Shown piece by piece: positions 19,163 through 27,169 of a DNA stretch of 39,785 nucleotides; position 1 is the first letter of the stretch, and the number at the start of each line of letters is the position of its first letter. The translations under genes and the position numbers were made by a program. Source of the stretch: Gammaproteobacteria bacterium (GTDB lineage: Bacteria; Pseudomonadota; Gammaproteobacteria; Ga0077536); NCBI GenBank assembly GCA_947450495.1, contig CANFVX010000002.1, positions 1 through 39,785 of the forward strand. The letters are read 5' to 3'. The notes under the pieces are model-generated. The model did no database searches. It was not told where the DNA came from and saw only the letters and a program-made list of their open reading frames with translations.

Positions 19163-20035
19163 ATGTCAATCGCAGCGATGGCCCGCCTGATTGCGCGGGA
19201 AATGCTCGGTGCGCGGCAGCAGGCGCGCGGCCCTACGCCGCTTGCACTGCTCAGCGAGGAAACCGTGCTGGACGCAATGCGCGGTGAGGGGCGCGCCGAA
19301 GGCCGGACCGCAGCGGGCTATCTCTATCACACGGCGCGCATCTCGCAGGTCTTGCAGGGTCGCCGGCGCTGCCTCGATCTGGGCTGCGGCACCGGCGTCC
19401 AACTCCTGCAGGTGGCGGGCTTCAATCCTGAAGTCCGGTTTGTAGGGGTTGATCAGAGCGCGACGCTGCTCGCCGCCGCCGAGGAGGACGCCAGGCGCCT
19501 TGGGCTTACCAACGTGAGCTTTCTGCGGGCAGACATGACCGGTCTTGCCGAGTTTGAAACCCGCGGCTTCGACGCGGTGGTCTCGACGATGAGCCTGCAC
19601 TTTTTGGCGGATCGCCCGGCACTGAGGGCGGCACTACTGGAAATGGCGCGCATCGGCGGCGTGGATGCCGCGTTTTATCTTGAGGATTTTGCGCGGCTCA
19701 AATCGCCGTTATCGGTGGCGTTTTTTCTTGACCGCAATGCGCAAGCGGCGCCCGATCCGTTTGACGCGCTCTATCGCGCGTCGCTCGAAGCCGCGTTCAC
19801 GCTGGATGAACTTAAAACCGAGATCGCCCACGCCCTGCCGCGCGCGGCGATGCATGTGACCAGTCCGGTGCCGTTCCTGCTGGTCGCCCATACGCCGGCC
19901 GCGCCGCTGCCGACCGCCTTGCGCGCACAATTCCGCTCGGCACGCGCCAGCCTAAGCCCCACTCAAAGTGCAGATCTGGACGCCTTGCGGCGCGCCTTCG
20001 CGCTGGGCGAATGGCGGGCCGACCCGTTCCACTGA
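19163..20035 (+). CDS. class I SAM-dependent methyltransferase
   Basis: Motif I LDLGCGTGVQLL, plus acidic post-I and motif II-like segments (FDAVVSTMSLHFL). The track start 19094 lies inside the terminator hairpin. Start moved to ATG 19163; GTG 19157 is also possible, 9 nt after the GGAGGGGA SD. Confidence 0.8.
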   Translation: MSIAAMARLIAREMLGARQQARGPTPLALLSEETVLDAMRGEGRAEGRTAAGYLYHTARISQVLQGRRRCLDLGCGTGVQLLQVAGFNPEVRFVGVDQSATLLAAAEEDARRLGLTNVSFLRADMTGLAEFETRGFDAVVSTMSLHFLADRPALRAALLEMARIGGVDAAFYLEDFARLKSPLSVAFFLDRNAQAAPDPFDALYRASLEAAFTLDELKTEIAHALPRAAMHVTSPVPFLLVAHTPAAPLPTALRAQFRSARASLSPTQSADLDALRRAFALGEWRADPFH

Positions 20036-20055
20036 GGGCCTCGCTTTCAGGCCCT
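20035..20055. terminator. hairpin between convergent genes (possible bidirectional terminator)
   Basis: AGGGCCT-CGCTTTC-AGGCCCT, a perfect 7-bp stem spanning both convergent stop codons (20033-20035 and 20047-20049). No clear U-tract. Confidence 0.4.
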
Positions 20056-21180
20056 GTGGCGGGTATTCGCCAGATAGTAGTCGAGCACCCTGGACAGCAC
20101 GACGCGGGTATCCGGGCGCTCGATGCCCAGCGCCTGCAGGCGCTCGCGGGTGCGGGTGTTGTCGAACACCTGCGCGCTGCCGAGGTAATCGAGATACACC
20201 GGCAAGGTGGCGAGGGTGCGCTGCTGGGCCGCCGGCAGCGCGCGCGCCAGCAGACTCATCAACCACAGAAAATACGCGGGCGGGAGCGGAATCGAGGGCC
20301 ACCAGGGCAGGCGACCCTCACGGCGCAAACGCGAACGGACCGTGTCGCGTAATTCAGTCAGCGGCAGCGCGCCGATCGGCCCGGCGCATAAATGCCAGAT
20401 TTCGCCCGCGCTATCCGGGCTGCGCGAGGCCGCCACGATGGCGTGCGCCACAAAGTCATTGGCGACGATATCCAGCACCGTATGCCCGAGTGCCGGATAG
20501 CAGCCAAGCGTGCGACGCCCGCTCAGAAATTCGCAGATGAACTGGAAAATCTGGAAGTGCGGCGTGACGCCGGTGCGCGAATCGCCCACCACCATGCTCG
20601 GGCGATGCACCGTCAGCGGTAATCCGGCGGCGGCGGCTTCGCGCAGCAGCACTTCTGATTCGGCTTTGGCTTCCTCATAGGTGTTGTGAAACGCGCGCGG
20701 CTCATCCAGCCAGCGCTCCGGCAGCGGACCCTGCCAGCGTCCCCCTACCCCCACCGTCGAGACCGCCTCCAGTTTGCGGAATCCCACGCAACGCCGGGCG
20801 AGTGCAATCAGGGTGGCGGTGGGGACGACCGTGGTTTCGCGCGCGATGGCGAGCGACTGGTTCAAGCGCACGCTGGCGGCGCAATGCACGATATGCGTAC
20901 AGCCTTGCTCCAACTCATGCTGATCGGCGGCGCTCAAACCGAGCGCCGGGGCGCTGATGTCGCCCGCCATCGCGCGCAAACGATGTTCCAAAGCCCCCGC
21001 CGGCAGCTGCAGATAATGGGCGCGCCAGAACTGCTTGAGGGCGTTGAAGCGGTCGGCGATCGAATGCCCGTTGCGTGCTCTCAACAGCACCACCACTTCA
21101 ACCTCCGGCAGGCCGAGCAAGGCGGGGATCAGCGCGCCGCCCACCACGCCGCTAGCCCCCGTGACGAAGTAGCAATCCAT
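20047..21180 (-). CDS. SDR-family thioester/fatty acyl reductase (NAD_binding_4, 'male sterility' type)
   Basis: N-terminal Rossmann motif FVTGASGVVGGAL, catalytic Y-x3-K (NTYEEAK), and the HCAASV segment typical of terminal reductase domains and fatty acyl-CoA reductases. Confidence 0.8.
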   Translation of the reverse strand: MDCYFVTGASGVVGGALIPALLGLPEVEVVVLLRARNGHSIADRFNALKQFWRAHYLQLPAGALEHRLRAMAGDISAPALGLSAADQHELEQGCTHIVHCAASVRLNQSLAIARETTVVPTATLIALARRCVGFRKLEAVSTVGVGGRWQGPLPERWLDEPRAFHNTYEEAKAESEVLLREAAAAGLPLTVHRPSMVVGDSRTGVTPHFQIFQFICEFLSGRRTLGCYPALGHTVLDIVANDFVAHAIVAASRSPDSAGEIWHLCAGPIGALPLTELRDTVRSRLRREGRLPWWPSIPLPPAYFLWLMSLLARALPAAQQRTLATLPVYLDYLGSAQVFDNTRTRERLQALGIERPDTRVVLSRVLDYYLANTRHRA

Positions 21181-21189
21181 ACGCTGTCC

Positions 21190-23001
21190 TTAAAGTCCCA
21201 ACATCAGCAAATCCGGGGCGAGGGCTTCGCAAAACCGCTCGCCTGCTCTGGCGTCGAGCGCGGCGTAAAGCCGATCGAGCAGGGGTTGATAGCGCGCCTC
21301 CAGCGCCCAACGGCGCAGCTTGAGGGAAGGCGTGAGGCTTTGGTTGGCGACCGTCAGCGGGGTGAGCGAGACCAGCAATCCCGCCGGGTGCGAATAGCCG
21401 GGCAGCGCCGCGAGACTGGCCGGCACGGCCGCCGCCAGTCGTTCGGCAAGCTGCCGGAAGGCCGCGGCATTCGTGAGGTTTTCAGGCTGCGGATCGGCGA
21501 GTGTGAGCAGGGCCACCGGCGCCTTGCGGCCCGCCCCGAACACCACCACATGGTCAACGCCGGGCAACTGCTGCAACACGCTTTCCAACAGCACCGGCGC
21601 GATCTTGCGCCCGGTCGAGGTTTTAAAAATCTCGCTTTTTCGGCCTGCGATGCGCAGATAGCCCTGGGCGTCGAGCTGCCCCAAATCGCCGGTATGCAAG
21701 TAGCCCTCGGCATCCACGGCGGGCGTCGTGCTCGCAGCGTTGAGATAGCCGTGAAAAACGCCGGGGCCGCGCACCAGTATTTCGCCGTCGTCGGCGATGG
21801 TGATTGCGTTAGGCGCGAGCACACGGCCTACTGTCCCCGCCTGATAGTCATCCAGCCGGTTCAGCGCCACGGGCACGATGTTTTCGCTCAGGCCGTAGGC
21901 TTCCAGCACCGGCAATCCCAGCGCCTGCAATTGTTCGAGCACCGCCAGGCCACAGGGCGCAGAGCCGCTGAGCATGGCGCGCACCTCACCGCCCACCGCG
22001 GCCCGCAGGCGCCGCAGCACCAGCCAATCTGCCGCCCAGTGCTGACACCGCAGGCAGGCGCCTGGCGGCTCGCCCGCGCGGTTTGACGCCGCCACGCGCG
22101 CCCCGACATCAACGGCCCAGGCCACAAGCCGTTGCTGCTGCGGCGAGCCCTCACGGCCCGCAAGGGCAAGACCCTGGGCCAGTTTTTCGTAGAAGCGCGG
22201 CACGCCAATCAACCAGTGCGGCCGGGCGATGGGCAGTATCTGGAGCAAGCGACGGGGCTCGGACAGCAACCAGCTCTGGGCCCCTGCCGCCACCGCGCAA
22301 AAGTTGATCACGCGCTGAAAGAGTCCGGACAACGGCAGCCAGCACACCAGTCGGTCGTCGGGATGAATCTGCGGAAAGGCGTGAAGGATCGCGTCCACCG
22401 CCACCGCACACTGCGCATGGGTGTAGACAATGCCACGCGGGTGGCCGGTGCTGCCGGAGGTGAACACGATGAGCGCCGGCGCGTTGGCGTTAAGGCCTTC
22501 GGCCGGCGCGACGCCCGGACTTGCCAGCAACGCCGACCATCGCCACCAGGCTTGCGTGACGCCCGCCGGTGCCGCCTCATCCGAGAAACAGATCACCCCC
22601 CGTAAGTTCGCGCGGGATGCGGCGGGCAGCCGCAGAAAGTTCGCGCTGTCGACCACCGCAAGCATGCCAATGCCGGCCGCGAGTAGCGTCTCGTCGAGCC
22701 TCTCGGCCGAATCCTGCGGGTCCAGCCCCACCACGACCGCCCCTGCCATGAGTGCCGCCACCTGCGTGAGTTCCCAGGGCAAATCGTTCGGCGCCAGAAT
22801 CCCGAGCCGCGTGCCGGGCGTCAGGCCGGCCGCCACCAGCGCGGCGGCAAGCGCTTCTGCTCGATGCAGGACCTCCAGCCAGGTGAGGCCCAGCCATTCG
22901 TCTTGCAGCCAATAGCGGAAAGCGATGAGGTCCGGCGTACGGCGCGCGCGCTCACGGTAGTAGTCGGGCAAGGTCCAGTGGCTGCCCGTGGCGGTAATCA
23001 C
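21190..23001 (-). CDS. AMP-dependent synthetase/ligase (acyl-CoA or acyl-AMP ligase family)
   Basis: AMP-binding core motif IVFTSGSTGHPRGIVYTH. Later motifs EAYGLSE, LHTGDLG and GRKSEIFKTSTGRKIAP. GTG start overlaps the upstream stop (GTGA at 22998-23001). Confidence 0.88.
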   Translation of the reverse strand: MITATGSHWTLPDYYRERARRTPDLIAFRYWLQDEWLGLTWLEVLHRAEALAAALVAAGLTPGTRLGILAPNDLPWELTQVAALMAGAVVVGLDPQDSAERLDETLLAAGIGMLAVVDSANFLRLPAASRANLRGVICFSDEAAPAGVTQAWWRWSALLASPGVAPAEGLNANAPALIVFTSGSTGHPRGIVYTHAQCAVAVDAILHAFPQIHPDDRLVCWLPLSGLFQRVINFCAVAAGAQSWLLSEPRRLLQILPIARPHWLIGVPRFYEKLAQGLALAGREGSPQQQRLVAWAVDVGARVAASNRAGEPPGACLRCQHWAADWLVLRRLRAAVGGEVRAMLSGSAPCGLAVLEQLQALGLPVLEAYGLSENIVPVALNRLDDYQAGTVGRVLAPNAITIADDGEILVRGPGVFHGYLNAASTTPAVDAEGYLHTGDLGQLDAQGYLRIAGRKSEIFKTSTGRKIAPVLLESVLQQLPGVDHVVVFGAGRKAPVALLTLADPQPENLTNAAAFRQLAERLAAAVPASLAALPGYSHPAGLLVSLTPLTVANQSLTPSLKLRRWALEARYQPLLDRLYAALDARAGERFCEALAPDLLMLGL

Positions 23002-24071
23002 GGCGTGAGTACCGGATCGTAGGCGCCGCGCGCTTCGGTGATCCGCAAGGATTCAGCGCTCAGCCCCAGCCAGTTCATTTGCTGAATCACGTTGTAGCCC
23101 AGCCCCACGCGCCACCGCACCATGGCGTCGACCACCGGTCCCATCACGCGCCACAGCGCGAGACTCGCCTTGCCTTCCCGAATCAGCGCGGAGAACTCCG
23201 GCGCATAAGGGTTGTAGCCAAAGTGTTTGAGATCGGAATACATCAGCAGCCAGTTGATGGGGTAATTGCTGAAGACCGGGCTCGCGTGCCGCGCACTCTT
23301 CACCAGCCCCAGCGCCACCACCTCGCGCATCACGGCCGCCTGGTCGTAAGGCCAGGCGTGAAACGGCGCGAGGTAGCGAGGAAAGCGGACGTTCGGCGGC
23401 CACTGGAGCGGATTGAAAAACCGCGCGAGGTCGGCCGCATCAAACAAGCCACTGCGCAGCAGCTGCGGGGGCGTCCAGTCGGTCTGCTCAATCAGCTGGC
23501 GTGAGAACTCATAGCGCATGCGCTCGGGCTCCGGCTGACCAGGCGAGTACCCCGCCATCACCAGCGGAATGTCTTTTTCCAGCGCGAGCCTGATGGCGTC
23601 GCCCTCAAACAACGGAGCGTAGACATAAGACACGGTGTAGACCGCGCCGCGCGCTTCCTGATGGCGCAAGAGATAGGCAAACAGACGACGGTAGAACTCG
23701 TCCGGCGGGGAATAGCTGATGTGATCGATCGACAGTCGCGCCAGGGTGTGCCGAATGTTGTCCCAGGCAATCGCGGGCAGATTCACATCCACGGTAAAGG
23801 CGAGCACCCGCAGGCGATGCTCCACCTTGAGCTTGTAGAGCAGCAGCGCGCTGTCTTTGCCACCGCTGAACGGCACCAGCACGTCGTATTGTCCGGTGCC
23901 GCGCGTGCTGGCCAGGGTGACCGCCAGATCGTCGGCAAACCCCCGCCGCTGAATTTCGGCCGTCTCCAGCAGTGCGGGCGCGAACTCGCGGCAATAAGCG
24001 CACACGCCGCGACGGTCAATCACCGCGCCCGGCGCGGCCCCGGGGAGCAAACAGCGTCGGCAGCGTTTCAT
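22998..24071 (-). CDS. Zn-ribbon + PP-loop ATP pyrophosphatase (N-acetyl sugar amidotransferase-like)
   Basis: N-terminal CRRC...GVCAYC four-Cys ribbon followed by the PP-loop LVPFSGGKDSALLL. This architecture matches the WbuX-type N-acetyl sugar amidotransferase family as I recall it. Confidence 0.7.
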   Translation of the reverse strand: MKRCRRCLLPGAAPGAVIDRRGVCAYCREFAPALLETAEIQRRGFADDLAVTLASTRGTGQYDVLVPFSGGKDSALLLYKLKVEHRLRVLAFTVDVNLPAIAWDNIRHTLARLSIDHISYSPPDEFYRRLFAYLLRHQEARGAVYTVSYVYAPLFEGDAIRLALEKDIPLVMAGYSPGQPEPERMRYEFSRQLIEQTDWTPPQLLRSGLFDAADLARFFNPLQWPPNVRFPRYLAPFHAWPYDQAAVMREVVALGLVKSARHASPVFSNYPINWLLMYSDLKHFGYNPYAPEFSALIREGKASLALWRVMGPVVDAMVRWRVGLGYNVIQQMNWLGLSAESLRITEARGAYDPVLTP

Positions 24072-24093
24072 GCCAATACCTCAGGTAAGTCAA

Positions 24094-25026
24094 TCAACAT
24101 GTCGGGCTGCCGCCGGTCAGCGCGTTGAGCAGCGCCTCCGCCTGTTGCAGATTGCAATAGCGCAGGCGCCACGCGTCGACGGCGTCAGTCAGCGCGCCAG
24201 CGCGTTCGAAGGCCTCCTGGCCCAGCAAGGTGTAATTGAAGGCGTTCTGCGTGAGCTGGGAAAAACATTCCGCCGGATGCAGCGCGCTGAATTCGGGGCT
24301 CGCGTCCGCGTCGTACTGCGGAAACACCACCCAGCGCGGGCGCGCGGTCTGATCCATGCGGCGCAGATGATCGAGCGGCGGCGAGAGATGCGAGACGGTG
24401 CCTTTGCGGGTGCCCGGAATGCAGGGGCCAAAAGTGGCGGCGGGCACGCGCTCCCGAATCAGCGCAATGGATTCGTTTTTGAGCGGAATCAGGCGCGGCA
24501 GCGGGTCGATGGTCAATTCGCGATCGCGAATAAGCGTGAATTCATCCGACAACAGGCGCCAGCCCCGATGGATGAGCCAGGCGCAGAGCGTGCTTTTACC
24601 CGCGCCCGGTTGGCCGGGCAGCAAGAGCGCGTGACCGTTGCGCTCGATCACTGCGGCGTGGAGCATCAGGTAGTGATGGGCGCGACTCGCCACACACCAG
24701 TTGATGGCCCACTCAAGATGCGCCAGCAGCGCACCCGGCGCGCACTCGGTAAAGGGCACGCCGTCTTCCAGCCCGAGGCAGAGCGGTCGTCGCAACGCGC
24801 GCGCGACCAGACTCTGCCCGAGCAAGCGGATCTCGCCGTCGGCGAAGCTGTCATCCGGCGCGAGGGGGTAGTCGGGATAGTAATCGTAGAGGCATTGCGC
24901 GAGTCGTCTATCGCGGCCCACAAGGCGCATCACAAAGGGCCCTAGCCTGAGATTGAGCCCGTCCGCGCAACGGGCGTGCAGTTCGCTGAAGGAGAGCCGC
25001 TTGAGCGTGGGCATGGGCGCACTCAT
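24094..25026 (-). CDS. HprK-related kinase (type A), HPr kinase/phosphorylase C-terminal-like P-loop protein
   Basis: P-loop LLLPGQPGAGKSTLCAWL followed by LLSDEF, as in the HPr kinase catalytic domain. 310 aa. ATGA overlap with the PqqD-like gene (25023-25026). Confidence 0.8.
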   Translation of the reverse strand: MSAPMPTLKRLSFSELHARCADGLNLRLGPFVMRLVGRDRRLAQCLYDYYPDYPLAPDDSFADGEIRLLGQSLVARALRRPLCLGLEDGVPFTECAPGALLAHLEWAINWCVASRAHHYLMLHAAVIERNGHALLLPGQPGAGKSTLCAWLIHRGWRLLSDEFTLIRDRELTIDPLPRLIPLKNESIALIRERVPAATFGPCIPGTRKGTVSHLSPPLDHLRRMDQTARPRWVVFPQYDADASPEFSALHPAECFSQLTQNAFNYTLLGQEAFERAGALTDAVDAWRLRYCNLQQAEALLNALTGGSPTC

Positions 25027-25328
25027 CGTGACGGGATCGGCTCGACGAGACCCAGACTGCTCATCACGCGCAGCGTGTCCGCGATCGCCTCACGGGTCGC
25101 ACTATCCGGCTCCGCGCCATGCTGTCGCAGCAGCGCGTCCTCGATCGCATCCAGCGACTGCGGCCCCGCCGCGAGCGCCGCTAACACGCTCACGGCGGCC
25201 TGATTCAAAAAATGCGTCTGCCCGGAGCGCATATCAAAAGCGAAATACGCTTCTTCCCACCGCTGCCAGAGCAGGTCTGCCGCCGGATCCGCCCGCCAGC
25301 GGGGTTCATGTGCGGGAGACTCTCGCAT
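25023..25328 (-). CDS. PqqD-family protein (RiPP recognition element-like peptide chaperone)
   Basis: 101 aa. YFAFDMRSGQTHFLNQAAVSVLAALAAGPQSLDAIEDALLRQHG...IADTLRVMSSLGLVEP follows the PqqD/RRE winged-helix pattern: a beta-strand that binds substrate, then a three-helix bundle ending in GLV/GLI. Confidence 0.78.
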   Translation of the reverse strand: MRESPAHEPRWRADPAADLLWQRWEEAYFAFDMRSGQTHFLNQAAVSVLAALAAGPQSLDAIEDALLRQHGAEPDSATREAIADTLRVMSSLGLVEPIPSR

Positions 25329-25904
25329 TTAGCCGGCCCTGCCCCAGAGCGATTTGAGGCACGCACCACTGAGGCTGGTGACCAGCGCATCCGGCGGCGT
25401 GCGCGGCTCGCCCACGGCCAGCACCGAGCCGTCCCGCGCGCTGAAATGCACGATCGCCAGCCCTTCGCGACAAGGCTTGGCGGACAAGCTGCGCTTGAGA
25501 TCCAGCGAGCGGCTGTTGCCCGGCGCGTTGATGAACGGAATTTCGGCATCGCCGACGGGTTCACCGGTCGCAACGTAGCGCCAGCACGCTTGCTGGTCGC
25601 GGCTCCCGATCCCTTCGAAATATTGCGCGACGCCTGAGGCGCTATAGCCGGCAATCTGGCCGCGCCGGTCTTTCTGCGCAATGAGTTGGTCGTAGCACGC
25701 CACACGCTCGCGGAAGAACTCGTCCTTTGCAAACGCGAGAGGCCGACACGGTCGCTCACTCGGCGGCTGGCCGCAGGCGAGACTGGTGCGCGCCGCCGCC
25801 TGTGCGGCAGTGCTGCCCAAAGTCATCACCGCCGGCAAGGCCAGCGTCGTGCCTTTGAGAAAACGTCGACGACGTTCATTGGGCTGAGTCGTTGGCTTAT
25901 CCAT
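25329..25904 (-). CDS. Tat-signal secreted protein of unknown function (6 Cys)
   Basis: Start at MDKPTTQPNERRRRFLKGTTLALPAVMTLGSTAAQAAA (ATG 25904, GGAG SD 8 nt upstream); the track ORF to 26204 is an Arg-rich extension. Twin-arginine motif RRRFLK plus h-region plus AQA. The mature part of about 150 aa has 6 Cys and matches no family I recognise. Its stop TAA abuts the PqqD ATG with zero spacer. Confidence 0.7.
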   Translation of the reverse strand: MDKPTTQPNERRRRFLKGTTLALPAVMTLGSTAAQAAARTSLACGQPPSERPCRPLAFAKDEFFRERVACYDQLIAQKDRRGQIAGYSASGVAQYFEGIGSRDQQACWRYVATGEPVGDAEIPFINAPGNSRSLDLKRSLSAKPCREGLAIVHFSARDGSVLAVGEPRTPPDALVTSLSGACLKSLWGRAG

Positions 25905-26023
25905 CAGCACCACTCCAAAGGGTAAGAAGAGGATTCGGGGTTTTCTTGCGCCATGCCAAGTGGCGTGACTCGCAACAATGATTTCCTTGCGCGACGCCAG
26001 CGGGCCGCTGTAGCGGCGCTTGA

Positions 26024-27163
26024 ATGCCGACCACGCCACGCCGTCGCCAACTGAACTGGAGGGATCCCTTGCGCAAACAATTTCTGCTGGCGCTGCGCCA
26101 GCCCGCACTGCTCGCCAACCACGACCAACGCGCCTGGCAACACTTGCTGGCACTGGGCCGCCTGCACGCCGTTTCCGGACGGTGGCACGCCCAACTGGAA
26201 GCACTGGATTGGTTGCCGCAGGTGCCTACTCCGGTGCGCCGTCATCTGTGGTCTGACCATTGCGTGGCCAGCGCGCACGAGCGCCGCGCACGCTGGGAAA
26301 TCGACCGTCTGAGCAGAGTGCTCAATCCCACCGGCATCCCGTGGGCATTGCTCAAAGGCGCGGCGTACCTCGCGGCCGATCTGCCAAGCGCGCGCGGTCG
26401 CCTGTTGGCGGATGTGGATGTGCTGGTGCCTCACGCGGAGCTCGCCCGGGTGGAGCGTCTTCTGCACCAGCAAGGCTGGCACGACACCCCTCACGATGCT
26501 TATGACGATCGGTACTACCGCGAATGGATGCACGAACTCCCTCCTTTGCAACACGGCACCCGTGGCACCACGCTTGATGTTCATCACACCCTCCTGCCCC
26601 TGACCGATCCGCTGCATCCCGATGGCGGCGAATTGCTGAGCCGCCGGGTGGCCGCCAGCGGCGAGACCTGCGTGCTCGCCCCGGCCGATCTCGTGCTGCA
26701 CAGCGTGCTTCACGGGTTTCATGCGGGCGACCTGCAGCACTGCTTGCGCGATGTGCTGGACGTCTACGAACTCATGACCCACTTCGTTTTGCAGTCAGGC
26801 GATGCGTTCTGGATCTCGCTGGTTGACCGCGCTTTGAGACTACGCGCCGTGCGCGCCCTGCGAATTGCGTTGAGTCAGGCTGAAGGACATTTCGAGTTGG
26901 CCGTGCCGGCGTTCGTCAAACGCGAACTCCGACAGGCCGATCGCGGGCTCACGCCGGTGGCCTTGCTTGCGCAGTTGATGAACCAGCTGGTGGTGCCGGC
27001 CTTGCCGCCGGCGCGGATGTCGCGCATCGCGCATCGCGTGCTGAGCGTGCGCACCCATCTGCTGAAAATGCCGCTGCGGCGTCTGGTCCCGCACGCCCTC
27101 CACAAGACCTGGCAGAAGTGGCGTCCGGATACCGGCGCCGCGCCCACCGTGGTGGTGAAATAG
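26024..27163 (+). CDS. nucleotidyltransferase family protein (NTP_transf_5 / 'uncharacterised nucleotidyltransferase' type)
   Basis: LLKGAAYLAADLPSARGRLLADVDVLVPHAELARVERLLHQQGW ... HELPPLQHGTRGTTLDVHHTLLP matches the pattern of this family (Pol-beta-like DxD, later HH motif). Divergent from the Tat-protein operon. The start codon is not certain. Confidence 0.75.
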   Translation: MPTTPRRRQLNWRDPLRKQFLLALRQPALLANHDQRAWQHLLALGRLHAVSGRWHAQLEALDWLPQVPTPVRRHLWSDHCVASAHERRARWEIDRLSRVLNPTGIPWALLKGAAYLAADLPSARGRLLADVDVLVPHAELARVERLLHQQGWHDTPHDAYDDRYYREWMHELPPLQHGTRGTTLDVHHTLLPLTDPLHPDGGELLSRRVAASGETCVLAPADLVLHSVLHGFHAGDLQHCLRDVLDVYELMTHFVLQSGDAFWISLVDRALRLRAVRALRIALSQAEGHFELAVPAFVKRELRQADRGLTPVALLAQLMNQLVVPALPPARMSRIAHRVLSVRTHLLKMPLRRLVPHALHKTWQKWRPDTGAAPTVVVK

Positions 27164-27169
27164 CGTCGC

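Noticed and set aside
18000-19169. 389-aa minus-strand ORF covering the whole PEP-CTERM gene
   Set aside because: The plus strand encodes a signal peptide, a canonical VPEP-TM-RRR C-terminus, an SD, a sigma54 promoter and a terminator. The minus-strand ORF has none of these and would run through the terminator hairpin.
20686-22086. 466-aa plus-strand ORF
   Set aside because: Antisense to the reductase and AMP-ligase genes, which carry unambiguous motifs; composition is typical of a shadow ORF.
25949-26050. 33-aa plus-strand mini-ORF (MPSGVTRNNDFLARRQRAAVAALECRPRHAVAN) in the divergent gap, considered as a possible RiPP precursor
   Set aside because: It has no SD, overlaps the nucleotidyltransferase start out of frame, is on the opposite strand from the PqqD/kinase operon, and its Arg-rich composition resembles noise. 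It is listed only so that it can be checked for conservation.
25904-26782. 292-aa minus-strand ORF opposite the nucleotidyltransferase gene
   Set aside because: The plus-strand translation matches the NTP_transf_5 pattern over its length. The minus-strand product is His/Arg/Gln-rich and featureless. Its far end at 25904 shares coordinates with the Tat-protein start by coincidence.
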